A stretch of 64,000 nucleotides of DNA from Squalus acanthias (lineage: Eukaryota). The notes beneath the pieces are model-generated. The model searched no databases and was not told the origin of the DNA. It saw nothing but the letters and a program-made list of their open reading frames with translations. The stretch lies in contig CM059432.1 in assembly GCA_030390025.1 (NCBI GenBank), positions 133,612,001 through 133,676,000 of the forward strand. Reading direction: 5' to 3'. Positions 1-11,864 of the stretch are shown piece after piece. The translations under genes and the position numbers were made by a program. Position 1 is the first letter of the stretch; every line of letters starts with the position of its first letter.

Positions 1-174
1 TTCCCTAACCTGAATCATTACCATAGAATTACGAAATAAAATATCTGAGCGAGTGATTACCTCAAACTTGGAAAGGGATTGAGAAAGTCAGAGCCTTTTC
101 AAAGAAATATTTACTAGGAATGGGGCTCCAAGATCAAGGCCTTTAGCAGGCAAGTGCTGAGCTTGACTTGGAGC

Positions 175-421
175 TAGGGTTGTCAACCCTCCAAGATTGG
201 CCTGGAGTCTCCAGGAATTAAAGATTCATCTCCTGGACACTGCAACCCGGGAAACAAAAATCATAGGGGCATGAAAAAAAAGCTGGTTTTCCATTTTTTT
301 AACACTTTCATTTATTACTTATAAAATATTGGAGATTGGTTGGGGGCGGGGGGGGGTGGGGGGGAGGGGGAAAGCTGTTTGACTGGGCCGGGGTGTATGG
401 AGGCGGGGGGTCAGGTGATGA
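175..421 (+). mobile_element. hAT (Blackjack-like) MITE fragment
   Basis: Begins TAGGGTTGTCAACCCTCC and aligns by eye with the copies at 2530-2917 (inverted) and 25871-30127. Confidence 0.6.
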
Positions 422-619
422 TGTCAATGGAGGTCACCATAGATAGACTGATGGATGAGCTGGTGTCACATTTGATATTTTATTTTTACCGTTTTCCAGA
501 GAAGGGATTTTGAAATGAGCTACATTTGAATGGTATGTCTTAAATTATAGAGGGTCCTCATAGATTTAGAATTCTCCTCAGTGTTGAGAAATTGAACCTA
601 GATGTAACAAATGAGAGCT

Positions 620-835
620 TTAGTGGTGGGGGAGAGAGCTAAAGCAGGTGATATATTGGATGTAGGGTTTGAAGCTCAACCAGAGTTAACAAGCAGCGAG
701 GTTGCACATTGTCCGATTTAGCCTGAGGAGCACCTAGGAAGCGTGTTGAAATTAGATTAAAATAGACCTTTGGCCAAGCACCAAACAGATGACATTGTTC
801 TTGCCAATCTTTAGTTGTAGGTAGTTCTGGCTCAT
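620..835 (-). mobile_element. Old degraded L2 LINE ORF2 fragment
   Basis: Minus-strand translation LRLNRTMCNL..LSFKPYIQYIT resembles the L2 RT C-terminal region. Confidence 0.35.
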
Positions 836-841
836 TCATGA

Positions 842-1108
842 CATAGTCACTAATAAATTCAGGAGAAACTTCTTTACCCAGAGAGTGGTTAGAATGTGGA
901 ACTCGCTACCACATGGAGTAGTTGAGCGAACATAGATGCCTTTAAGGGGAAGCTGGCTAAGTACATGAGGGAGAAAGGAATAGAAGGATATGCAGGTAGG
1001 GTTTGATAAAGTAGGGTGGGAGGAGGCTCGTGTGGAGCATAAACACCAGCATAGACCAGCTGGGCCCAATGGTCTGTTTCTGTGCTGTATATTCTATGTA
1101 ATACTATG
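842..1108 (+). mobile_element. CR1 LINE 3' end fragment
   Basis: Encodes RRNFFTQRVVRMWNSLP, followed by the 3' UTR and a (ctatgtaat)n-like tail. Same family as 3395-3799, 11015-11262 and 15790-16395. Confidence 0.85.
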
Positions 1109-2529
1109 TTTTGCTAGGAAACTTCAATAAATGATTCACTTTGTTTAAAAGGTATTAAGGAAGGACGCAGGAATAAATCTCTACCTCAACTTGAACAAAA
1201 TCCCTTTTAATTTTTTTTTAAAATCAGATGACAAATCCTTTTAAAAGTTGGAAAACCTGTGATGGGAAAGAAGGTGGCTTTACTCGCGCACATGACGCAG
1301 TCATCAATCGTAGGTAGCCATGGGAGACCAAGAGATCGACCAGGGGTGGGCCTGGCAAGCTACAGGAGGTGTCAATTGTCAGAGGCATAGCTCACAGGAT
1401 TGGGGAGGGGGAGAGAAGGGGGTCCGGGGAGCACAAAACAAAACCATCAATCATGGGCGGTTCTGGTAGCCATGGGAGACATCGATCATGGGGGACTGAG
1501 GCTGAAGCACTGAACAGGCAATAAAGAGTTTTAGACTGAAGCAGAAGAGGTGTGAAAGTATGAAATTACAGATTGGTTTATACAAAAGCTTAGCATTGCC
1601 ATTTCTTTGATGTTGTAGAGGATAGAGCAGGAGGCAAATAAAAGTAACAGAGGCCAAGGCACACACAGCAGGTATTAGAGGCCTGCGTACCAATGAATAA
1701 TCGCTATATGCAGGTGGCTAAAGTTCCTCTCCCTGCTATTTTAGTGGAGGCAATTACTCGACCAAATTTTGTCTCGCTACGGCCCTGTTTACACCTAAAA
1801 ATTGGGCGGCAGCCTGACTAAAATTGAAGATAAAAAAGGTCCTGCCACCTTATCTCTGGAGTTCTGCCCATTCTGATTAATATAGGTGTCCAGAGCTTTC
1901 GCCAGAAGCAGTTGGTGGCCTCCTTAATATATGAAAATCGTGGTCGAATGACGTTATCACAACCCCACTATTTTCATCTCTGCCCGCATTGCTACTTCTA
2001 GTTCCTCAACCGTCCCACAAACCATGGGTGACACAGGCCAGAAGGTGGCCATTTCCAGTGGTATTTAAAGGGGTCCTTAGCTGCAGTCAGGGAAAGCTGG
2101 AAGCAGGTCTAGCACTAATTTTTCTGGCAGTCGCTTGTGTGGTTTAAGCCTTTGAAGGATTCCATATTTAATCTTCTTGCTGCTGTAGGTGCTGCAGAAA
2201 TGTTCCCTGTTGCTGAAGACAGCTGCTTCTTTTCATTCCTCCACTTCTACACCTCTCCTTTAAAGGTGCTGCTACAGGCCCTCATGATTGGGACGTTAGC
2301 CAATCAGCAGGTGGCCTATGAGAAGCGTAATTAGCGCTGGCAGCTCGTTTGTTGCATTTAAATGAGGCCCAACCATCAAAATTGATTGGCCCTTCTTCTG
2401 ACGTCATTGTGCAGGCAGAGCCCGCAGTCTACCTGGTGTGTAAGGTAACAAAAATCAACCCCAAACTGCTTAAATAAAATGGGTTAACGCCGCCGCTAAA
2501 ATAGCAGAGAGAGGGATTTCAGAGAAGCG

Positions 2530-2917
2530 TAGCGTTGCCTACTCTGACTCTGGTTGGACATATTCCTAGAGGTTTCATCATATGACCTCCGACCTCCAGC
2601 CGTCCCGCCCCCACACTCCCACCATTGGTTGGCCAACATGTCCATCCTCGAGGCACACCGTTTTCCCCCAGCCAATCGGAAAGCGAATAGACTCTTCACT
2701 GTCTGACTGAATGATTCGTGACAGTCAGTCAAACAGCCCTTTTCCCCATGTCAGATATTTTTATAACTAAAAAAAAATGTTCAATAAAAATGAAAAAAAA
2801 TCCCACAATATTTAATGCCCCTATGATTTTTCTTCTGGGATACTCGTGGCAGTGTCCTGGAGATTAATCTGTCATTCCTGGAGAAACCAGGGAAATCCTG
2901 GAGGGTTGGCAACCCTG
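2530..2917 (-). mobile_element. hAT (Blackjack-like) MITE
   Basis: Termini TAGCGTTGCC...GTTGGCAACCCTG. Reverse-complement similarity to 175-421 and 29893-30127. Confidence 0.65.
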
Positions 2918-3225
2918 TCTAGGCTGGTGCTAGGTTGAGGTTGTCTGTAGTCTTTGCATTAATCCTAGTTAAAAATAAAAATAAACAGTTCTAGTGTTTT
3001 AGTGAATTTTTTGCTTATTTGTCACAGAATATGTGAAGGAAACTGTGTGCTACCAATAAAACTCCAATTAGTGTTACTGTGCAAATGGGCAGACAGTTTA
3101 AAAATTAAATATTATCCTGGACAAAGTGGCAAAGATACCAAAGAAGTAAGGAGAGGGACAAATAAAGTTGAAAAGTGATCTTTAAGAAGATCAGGAAAGG
3201 GACAGAGAAAACACAACTGAGGGAT

Positions 3226-3342
3226 TATAGAAGCATAGAATCATAGAATGATTACCGCACAGAAGGAGATCATTCGGCCCGTCGAGCCCGTGCCAGCTCT
3301 CTGCAAGAGCACTTCAGCTAGTCCCACTCCCCCGCCCATTTC
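3226..3342 (-). mobile_element. CR1 3' tail fragment
   Basis: (catagaat)n tail plus cattcggccc, the reverse complement of the CR1 3' UTR seen at 8800-8890. Confidence 0.7.
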
Positions 3343-3394
3343 ACCAGCTTGTCTATGTCTGCTTGAAGTCTATCACTATCCTCCTCAGTTATAA

Positions 3395-3799
3395 CTATTA
3401 GGTAAGACTGAACAGGCTGGGGATTTTATCTTTAGAAAAGAAATGGCTGAGGGGTGGCCTAATAGAGGTCTTTAAAATTATGTAGGGGTCTGATAGGGTA
3501 GATGTATAAAAGGTGATTCCACTTGTGGGGAGTCCAAAACTAGAAGCCATAAATATAAAATGGTCACTAATAAATCCAATAAAGAATTCAGGAGAAAGAG
3601 TGGGGAGAATGTGGAACTTGCTACCACAGGGAGTGGTTGAGGCGAATAGCACAGATGCCTTTAAGGGGAAGCTCGCTAAGTACATGAGAGAAAAGGAATA
3701 GAAGGATATTGATGAAGTAGGGTGTGAGGAGGCTCGTGTGGAGCATGAACACCGGGTGCACAGACCTGTTGGGCCGAATGGCCTGTTAATTCTATGTAA
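3395..3799 (+). mobile_element. CR1 LINE 3' fragment
   Basis: LNRLG..SLEK..LRG.LIEVFKI motif, then 3' UTR and tail. Confidence 0.85.
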
Positions 3800-4310
3800 C
3801 AAGGAACAAGATCAAGATGCCTGTAGAAAGATAGAAAAGGCACAATGAAGGAGTAATGTTAAACAGAAGCCATGAAGTACCAGCTTGATAGGCCAAACAG
3901 CTTTTCAGCTCAAAGCAGTGCAAAGCACATTGACAGACTTCTCCCCTCACATGTGAACTCAACCTTCTGTTGAAGTACAGACTGTAGAAATATCAGCGTA
4001 TGTTGATATCTTAGTAAGTTATCTGTCCCTACCATAGGATTTAAAAATACTTTGACAGGCATTAATGTTTGCGCAAAGTCAAACACACTGCTTTTTTGTA
4101 AATAACCTCACAAGCGTCTGAAGTTACAGGGAATCCTACAGCCTATTTCCCCACCCCTCCCAGATGCTTTCAGCTACTGTGTTCTCACCGAATCTTAGCA
4201 ACTGTGGGGGGTGGGGGGTGGGGGGGGGGAATACAAATGAGTTAAATACAATTAAGTAGCCACAATCTCTCACCTCCTAAAAAAAAGAGAAGTTAGTGAA
4301 GTATTCTTAC

Positions 4311-4474
4311 CTTAAGAAATATAAATACAGTATTGTAAGGGAACAAACGAAAATCACAATGTACAAGATGACTGTAATCAGTATGCCAGGGATTCCAGAA
4401 CGTTCCATTCTGTAAAACAGCCAATAAAGCTTGGCTGCATCTGCTATTGGACTATCTGTACTGTAAGCCAGGCG
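4311..4474 (-). CDS. OFCC1: Host gene coding exon D (RLAYSTDSPIADAAKLYWLFYRMERSGIPGILITVILYIVIFVCSLTILYLYFL), TM helix 4
   Basis: tcttgcttttcag|CGCCTG...TTCTTAAG|gtaaga. 164 nt, phase 0/2, continues the exon C frame. Confidence 0.85.
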
Positions 4475-5040
4475 CTGAAAAGCAAGATACACCAATCAGT
4501 GTTTCACAAAACAAATTCTATGTGCTTGTCAGTTCACACCTAGTCATTGGCACAGTAACAATTGTACAGGGACAGTGGGTAATATTACAATCCAGATATT
4601 TCTACTTAAATATATAGTTAGTTGCACACAATGCGGCGATTGCAAAGTTACTAACTTACAGAAATTTGTGAGCAGTATCTGTATTTCTACACTATTTTTA
4701 CGTGGATTATATAACGTGAAACAAAATGTTTTACCTGCTCGTGCCACCCAACCAATATCTTACACTTGCCTAAAACACAATGGGAGAGAAATTGGTTTAG
4801 GCCCATTTTGTGCCGCAAAATGGTCGGTGCGTGCGCCCGATTATGTGGGCGCAAGTAAGGCCTCTAATTGGTCCCCGTGCCTCCTTTGAATGGAGTAGGC
4901 AGGGTGCTAGCACAACTCGCGCTGTTGATTGGCAGTTCGCGGGAAATTCAGGCATCCCTGATAATATTTAAAGGCAGCGTGCACCTCTTAAAGGGAAGGT
5001 GCACTTTGGCTACAGACGACTGGAATTCAAGATTCTGAAA

Positions 5041-5280
5041 ATGGCAGGCAGAGGAGAAACTGCCAGGACCCCCGCGGTTTTCAGACTACCTTGAAGGTAT
5101 TTAGGGAGGTCAGCAGGAGGAGGGTTGAATTCTTACCACCCAGTGGGAGGAAGATTTCTAGGCAAGCTGTCCGGCATGAGCGGACAGAGAGGGTAGAGTG
5201 CGTGTGTACTGGAGGCATTGCATCGAGGACCTGGCCGCAATGCAGAAAAAAGTTTAATGACCTGGCAAGGCTTGCTAAGA
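5041..5280 (+). pseudogene. Harbinger Myb/SANT-like DNA-binding protein exon remnant
   Basis: EVSRRRVEFLPPSGRK...RTWPQCRKKFNDLARLAK matches the Myb/SANT-like trihelix signature; frameshifted near its start. Confidence 0.75.
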
Positions 5281-5291
5281 TAAGACTCCTA

Positions 5292-6186
5292 GGGGGAAAA
5301 ATTCAGTTGGTTGCGCCTCCCGTTAGCGCCTTAAGAGTGCGCTAATGGGGCACAAAGCATCTAGTGCCCAGGCGCGGCGAAGTTTGCACCGCTCGCGAAA
5401 TTAACTAGTCATTTTGCGGCGGCGCTAAACACTACCGCCACGATCTCCTGCGCTGGCAGATCGTGATGTCAGTCGAGTGCGCAACGCCCCGGTATCGCAC
5501 CGGAGCGGATATTGAGTGGCGCCCCCTGCCTTACCGCCTGACACTAGCAACGACAGGTTGAGGGGAGCATTCTCCAGTCATGAAGGGAAAGGGGGAGCGC
5601 TATTTAAAGGTGACCGCTTCCTGCCTTTTATTGTTGGTGCCATTTTTGAACTACGCATTCTGAGAGAGAGAGAGAGAGAGACTTCTGGAGAGATTCAACG
5701 TTGTGTGAAGGAGTTTTGGGTACTGAGCAGCACTTTGCAGGTTCATTTTGATTTGCCATTCCTTGTATCAATTTAGAAGAGACTGTGGGGGCTGCACTGT
5801 AAGCTCTTTGCCTGGTACTCTCCATTGTTCTTTCCAGCAGATTTGATGTGCAGGTCTCTCCAGGCCGAGATTCAAGGCTGCAATGAGCAGGATGTGGATG
5901 GAAAGCAAGATTAACCATCCCCTTTAAGAACTGACCCGTGCCATTGTGTGTATGTTCCATTGCTGACTGACATTACATGAGCTTCGCCAGCGCTCTGAGG
6001 TAGCGCCTCGCTCCTCGGCCTTTGCGCCTTAAGACAGGTGTGAAGCGCCTGATTTAGCGCTCCAATCAGCTCCAGGGGCGATAAAAGTCAAGTTTGCAGT
6101 CGGTGGCGATAATTAGCGCCAGGTGCTAATCTTTGCGCCCGGCCGATAATTGCGCCCCAAATTGGGCGATACTGAATTTCTCCCCC
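5292..6186 (+). mobile_element. Harbinger-type MITE family A, copy 1 (895 bp)
   Basis: TIR GGGGGAAAAATTCAG/CTGAATTTCTCCCCC with 3-bp TSD CTA. Near-identical to 27313-28206 and 42316-43210. Confidence 0.9.
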
Positions 6187-6543
6187 CTAATTCATATCTC
6201 TCATTCCTCTCTGCTTAGTCTTGCACTATCTGTAGCCCCTGCACTCACAACCCTTCCCCTTCCCAATTCTCATCGGTCTTCTCTAATAACTGCAGCACAC
6301 ATCACTCTACCTCTTTCTTTTGCTGAGGTGCAGCCCCAATAAAAGTAGCACTGGCTCCATGGGAGAGGCAGATGCTGTCTTGCCTCAGGACAACAGACTG
6401 CCAGATCCCATGCCAGCCTCTCAACCAGTGCCCTTATTGGTGCCATACAGCCAACTGGGCCAGACTACCCCAGCCAATACTGAGACACTGCAGTCTGCAG
6501 CCGGACCCTCAATGTCCAGCGCTCCTTCCTCGGTGGAAGTTGC

Positions 6544-8893
6544 CTGGTCCAGAGGGCTTGCATCCCAGGTTGCTAAGGGAATTGGGGGAGGAGATAGCGG
6601 CAGGGCTTGCCATAATTTTCCAATCTTCCGAGATGCGGGGGAGGTGCCTGAGGATTGGAAAGTGGCAAATGTGACACCATTGTTCAAGAAAGGGTGTAAG
6701 GACAATCCTAGTAAATACAGGCCGGTCAGTTTAACATCAGTGGTGGGTAAAGTTTTAGAAACAATAATCAAGGAAAAAATTAACGGACACTTGGAGAGGT
6801 TTAAACTAATTAAGGAGAACCAACACGGATTTGTAAAAGGAAGATCAGGTTTGACTAATCTAACTGAATTTTTTGATGAAGTAACAGGGAGGATCGATGA
6901 AGGGAATGCAATGGATGCTGTCTACATGGATTTTAGGAAGGCGTTTGACAAAGTACCACATAGAAGGCTGGTTAACAAAATTGCAGCTCATGGAATAGGT
7001 GGGTCAGTGGCAGCTTGGATAAGGAACTGGCTTAAGGACAGAAAACAGCGAGTTGTTGTAAATGGCTATTTTTCAGACTGGAGCATGGTAGGCAGTGGTG
7101 TTCCCCAAGGGACAGTGCTGGGGCCACTGCTTTTTTTGATATATATAAATGACCTGGATATTGAAATACAAAGTAGAATTTCTAAATTTGCCGATGACAC
7201 CAAACTTGGGGGTATGGCAAACAGTGAGGATGATTGCGATCTTGCCAGCCCTGGGGAGGCGGGACTGCCGGGAAAATGGCAGAATCTGGGTCCGGGTGCC
7301 CATCCCACCCCCAACCCGCCTCCGTGCCATTTTCCCAGGAGGCGGGTAGCCGACCCGCGCCGGGTCCCATCTCCTGGAGGCGGGAAAGGTATTACAGCCA
7401 CTTAACTGCTTGTTAACAGGTACTTAACAGGCTGCTAAGAAGATTATCCCCATTTTTCCAACAGAGGCGCGGGCTTCCCGACGTCGGGAAACCCCACCAG
7501 GGTCACCAAAGCGAGCAGTGGGTCTGCAGGGGTCAAAAGTGCGCTGTGAAGGTAAGTGATGGGTGCAAGTGTGGAGAGGTAAGTGTGTGAGGTGAGTGAA
7601 AAGTGGTAGAAAATGTTTACTTACCTTTATTTCTTCCTGCAGGCTTCAACAGTTGGGGATGCAGAGAGTCTCGCATCTCACCGGCAGAGATGACAGATGG
7701 CTGCTGCATTCTCCAATGCAACAACCATCTAATTTCTGCTCACAAAAGAGGTTTGATGAGTCTTGAATACAAGGACTCATCAAACTACAGAGAATGTCAG
7801 TGTTTGACAGCTTCACAGACAGATGAAACGTCATCCGCTGACGTTCTCTGTAACCGGCTTCCCCTTAATTGGCCTGCTAAGCCCGCTGGGTGGGCTTAAC
7901 AAGGTCAATCAAGGGAAAATAGCGTATGTTGGCCAGAAGTCGATGGAGGCGGGACTAAAGCCCGACAAGCAGCAGTCCCGCCTCCAACGCGCCCCCACTG
8001 GCAAAATCGCCCCCGATGATACCAATCGACTGCAGCCGGACATAGAAAGGCTAGCAGAATGGGCAGAAAAGTGGCAGATGGAATTTAATACAGAGAAGTG
8101 TGAGGTGATGCATTTTGGCAGAAGGAACAGGGAGAGGCAATATACACTTAATGGCACAGTTTTAAGAGTGTGCAGGGACAGAGGGACCTGGGAGTTAATG
8201 TGCATAGGTCCCTGAAGGTGGCGGGACATATTGAGAGAGTGGTTAGCAAAGCATATGGGATCTTGGGTTTCATAAATAGAGGTATTGAGTACAAAAGTAG
8301 AGAAGTTATGCTGAACCTTTATAAAGAGCTGGTTTGGCCACAACTGGAGTATTGCGTCCAGTTCTGGTCACCACACTTTAGGAAGGATGTGAAGGCCCTT
8401 CAGAGGGTGCAGAGGAGATTTACCAGAATGGTTCCGGGGATGGGGGATCTTAGCTACATGGACAGGTTGGAGAAGCTGGATTTGTTTCATTTGAGCAAAG
8501 GAGGTTGAAGGGTGATTTGATAGAGGTGTACAAGATTATGACGGGTTTGGATAGGCTAGACGGGGAACGGCTGTTCCCACTAGTCGATGGTACAAGGACT
8601 AGGGGACACAGATTGAAGGTTTTGGGCAAGAGATACAGGGGGGATGTGAGGGAAAACTTTTTTACACAGTGAGTGGTGAGGACCTGGAACTCGCTGCTGA
8701 CGGAAGTGGTGGAAGCGGACACACTCAATGTTTTCAAGGGGAGACTGGATAGGCACTTGAGGGAAATAAACTTGCAGGGCTACGGGGATAGAGCGGGGGA
8801 ATGGGACTGACTGGATTGCTCTACAGAGAGCCGGCACGGATTCGATGGGCAGAATGGCCTTCTTCTGTGCAGTTATGACTCCATGACTCCTCC
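6544..8893 (+). mobile_element. 5'-truncated CR1 LINE (RT domain to 3' tail), interrupted by a MITE
   Basis: PGPEGLHPR, YRPVSLTS, DFRKAFDKVPH, GVPQGTVLGP and FADD motifs; frameshifts; (atgactcc)n tail. Confidence 0.92.
7232..8014. mobile_element. Harbinger-type MITE inserted in CR1 RT
   Basis: TIR gattgCGATcTTGCCAG / CTGGCAAAATCGCCCCC with TSD GAT. Removing it restores the CR1 frame SEDDTNRLQ. Confidence 0.8.
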
Positions 8894-8929
8894 TTCAGTT
8901 CCTCCTCCTCTGGCGGCTCCAAAGCTCAC

Positions 8930-9080
8930 CCACTTTGCATAGTTGTGCAGCATGCAGAAAACGGCCACGTAATGAGACTTGCCCTGGGCTATATTGAAGG
9001 ACGCCTCCAGAGCTGTCCAGAAAGCGGAACCTTTGCTTTAAGTACCAATTGTCCGCTCTATCGGAGCTCTGGCTCTTGCC
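8930..9080 (-). pseudogene. Harbinger (HARBI1-like DDE) transposase C-terminal remnant
   Basis: Minus strand gives ARAPIERTIG.LKQRFRFLDSSGG.LQYSPGQVS..VA..CMLHNYA with frameshifts. Confidence 0.8.
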
Positions 9081-9387
9081 TGGCTCTCATTGTATCGGAG
9101 CTCCGCATTTCTGCCCAGGTTCCTGACAGCAGTCATGAGCCAGGAGATGAGGGGCAGCTCTTGTCTTTTACGAGGCCTGCCTTTGTTTCAGGTGGATGCC
9201 AGCGATGAGCACCCGACCCAATATGGCGTCAGGCACACTTCGGCCGCCACTCGGTTGCACAACGCCGCACTGCAAAATTCGTCATTTTTACAACCAATTT
9301 AGGCCCAAAAAAGGGCAACATGCAATCCAATTTCTCTCCCACAGATGCATACTCACTAACAACTATTTGCCATTGCTCATGATATAA

Positions 9388-10068
9388 TGATTTTGTGGCA
9401 GCTAATGATGGCAAACTGTCAGCGTTCGCCATCATTACCCCTCTGAAACTGACCACAACTTTCGGATTTAGCACATGCGCATCCAAACGCGAAAATCCTG
9501 AAACTGCGGTCAATCATTCACGGCTCCGAGACAGGCTGTGCTGTGGACCCCCTCCCCCTATAGCCGGCAGTGAGTGTAATCAGTGAAACTGACGAAAACA
9601 TCGGCGTTTCCGCGCTAATATCGCTGTTAAATACCCCATTAAATGTTAAGCCTTGTTGGAATAGGTGTAACTGGGATTTTAACAGCGTATTGACTGCTAA
9701 GCAACCATTATTTTTATATTTGTGGAGTGTCAAATTTCTCCATTATGGTAAAAATTACAATTAAAAAAATATATATTTTTAGCGCTCTCTGCAACATTTT
9801 TACAAATTCTGGATAAAAGCAGCTTTTCATTTCCTGGTTTGCTGTCTGTGAGAATTCTTCAATGTGATTGGCTGCTTAGATAGCTTGTCTACGTCACTGC
9901 AGCTCGTTGCTGGGAATCCCCATTACAGAGCGCTGCAATCAATTACACGTCGAAGAAGGTAAACATTTGAGACACAGAAATCGCGGGATCGCGAGACCTC
10001 TGTAGGCAGCTTTCTTCGGGGCCAGCACCGAGCGTATTTGCTTCACCGCTGACCGCAAATTGCGGGCC
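9388..10068 (-). mobile_element. Harbinger-type MITE family C, inverted copy
   Basis: Both ends resemble the reverse complement of 18330-19092; ends GCAAATTGCGGGCC. Confidence 0.6.
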
Positions 10069-10215
10069 ATTGTGTATGGAACAGCGTCAACTTTATTTGC
10101 TGGTGTAAGATGCCATGCTCAGCCGCTTAACCTACCAGAGGCAACATGATCCAATTGAAATGGTAATCACATAGGAGCAGAAAGTAGCTGGCATCACCCA
10201 AAGGGTTCTATTGTG

Positions 10216-10914
10216 GGCCAAAAATTCGGAGGCACGCCGCCGACCTGCGGAAAGAATACGCACCTGCCTGATGGCGGCCCTCCTGCGTACACCTGCGCTC
10301 TGACGCTGCGAGTAGGAGGGCAGCGTAACGGCCCACGGATCCCAGCGATGCAGCCTGTGCGGAAGCGCACCTGGGATCACGTGGGCCTGGTCATTCATTT
10401 AAATTGTTACATTACTTCATTACTACAGCCTTTAAAATACATACAGATTTAGCGTTTATCGTGGGAATCCAATTCATTACACATCATTCCCACTTCTAAA
10501 CAAATACTGTGCACTGTGCAGAAAGTTATGAAATGTAAACGTTATTTTAAAGAAACCTGCAGCGTTAACATGCACTAGGATTGCTTCTCATTAAAGCTTT
10601 TAATGTTCCTGGATGTCATTTAATTTTAAAGAAGCATTTTTTAAATTTCGGATGTCCCCTTACACTGTGGAAACAGGCCCTGTGTCTGTTTCCACCAGCT
10701 GTAACATTTCCGTATGTAATTGCTGGACATTTGGTGGGCAAATAGCCCAACTCGGCGCCAGCGATTAGGCTGTCGGTGGTTGAGCGGATGGCCTGTCCAC
10801 GCGTACGTTGAGACCCCGCAAGTTTGGGTAATCCTGAACTTTCAGTGGATTTCAAAGGCGGTATGACGGCGTATTCTGAGGGTACGCCATCATACCCACC
10901 ACAAAATCTGGGCC
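10216..10914. mobile_element. Harbinger-type MITE
   Basis: GGCCAAAAATTCGG ... CAAAATCTGGGCC termini. GC-rich ends and AT-rich core; shares CCTGGGATCACGTGGGCC with family B. Confidence 0.55.
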
Positions 10915-11014
10915 GATATGTTTTTTCTCTCGAGGCAGGCAATCGCTGGAAACAAACTATACCGCGTGTATTGCATCATGGTCGTGATATAAAGTTCAAT
11001 GTAATTTCAATATA

Positions 11015-11262
11015 ATTCAAAAGAAACTTCTTTACCCAGAGCGTGCTTAGAATGTGGAACTTGCACAAGTAGTTGAAGAGATCAGCATAGATGCCTTTAA
11101 GGGGAGGCTAGATAAGTACATGAGGGAGAAAGGAATAGAAGGACGTGCTGATAGGGTTAGATGAAGTAGAGTGGGAGGAGGCTCATGTGGAGTATAAACA
11201 CCAGCATAGACCAGTTGGACCTAATGACCAGTTTCTTCTAAATTCTATGTAATTCCATGTAA
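11015..11262 (+). mobile_element. CR1 3' fragment
   Basis: Same 3' end as 842-1108. Confidence 0.8.
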
Positions 11263-11559
11263 TTTCTTATTCTACTTTATAATATTCAGCAATGAAAGTG
11301 TAAAGAGAATAATGTTTGCAGATAACTCTTGATTAATAATATATGCACGTTTTAAAGCTGTACATCATGTTTAATACTCAAAGGGTTGAAATCAGAAGTG
11401 AAAGTCACAGGAAAGCACTTTAATCTATGTAGCACGTGTCCTAGCATGGATTAACTTGCTAACAATTTATTAAAGAATCATGTTAAAACCTTGCAGCGGA
11501 AGACAGGTTTAGGTTACATTTTTAGCTGATGCTCCTCCAATGGCTTGATTTGTAGATGT

Positions 11560-11855
11560 GTTGCCCAGTGGGGTAGTGGAAATCTGGGACTCTCTACCCA
11601 CAAAATGCTGAAATTGAAAATTTCAAAATTGAGATTGATAGATTTTTCGAGGCAAGGGTATTACATAGGATTACATAGGATATACAGCACAGAAACAGGC
11701 CATTCGGCCCAACCAGTCCATGCCGGCGTTTATGCTCCTCACGAGTTATGGAACCAAGGCGGGTAAATGGAGTTAAGATACAGATCAGCCATGATCTAAT
11801 TGAATGGCGAAACAGGCTCGAGGGGCTAAATGGCCTACTCCTGGTCCTATGTTCC
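11560..11855 (+). mobile_element. CR1 3' fragment containing an inverted CR1 tail (about 11660-11744)
   Basis: The outer piece has a gatcagccatgatc...ggcctactcctg 3' UTR. The inner piece is the reverse complement of about 16310-16395. Confidence 0.7.
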
Positions 11856-11864
11856 AGTGCAGAA

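Larger units (their letters stand above)
4782..9340. mobile_element. Internally deleted PIF/Harbinger transposon carrying nested insertions
   Basis: Perfect 14-bp TIR GGGAGAGAAATTGG (4782) / CCAATTTCTCTCCC (9327-9340). Myb/SANT remnant on + and DDE transposase remnant on -. Confidence 0.8.

Noticed and set aside
2395..2420. LHND peptide as the next host exon
   Set aside because: No acceptor AG, and it lies in MITE-like sequence. The next exon is probably outside the window.
5516..5960. 86-aa and 110-aa ORFs repeated in MITE family A copies
   Set aside because: Their conservation is explained by recent amplification. They cross a (GA)n repeat, have non-ATG or weak starts and show no domain.
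6320..7405. 361-aa ORF as a novel fusion RT gene
   Set aside because: It is a chance read-through from Harbinger sequence into CR1 RT and on into a MITE, and it has a non-ATG start.
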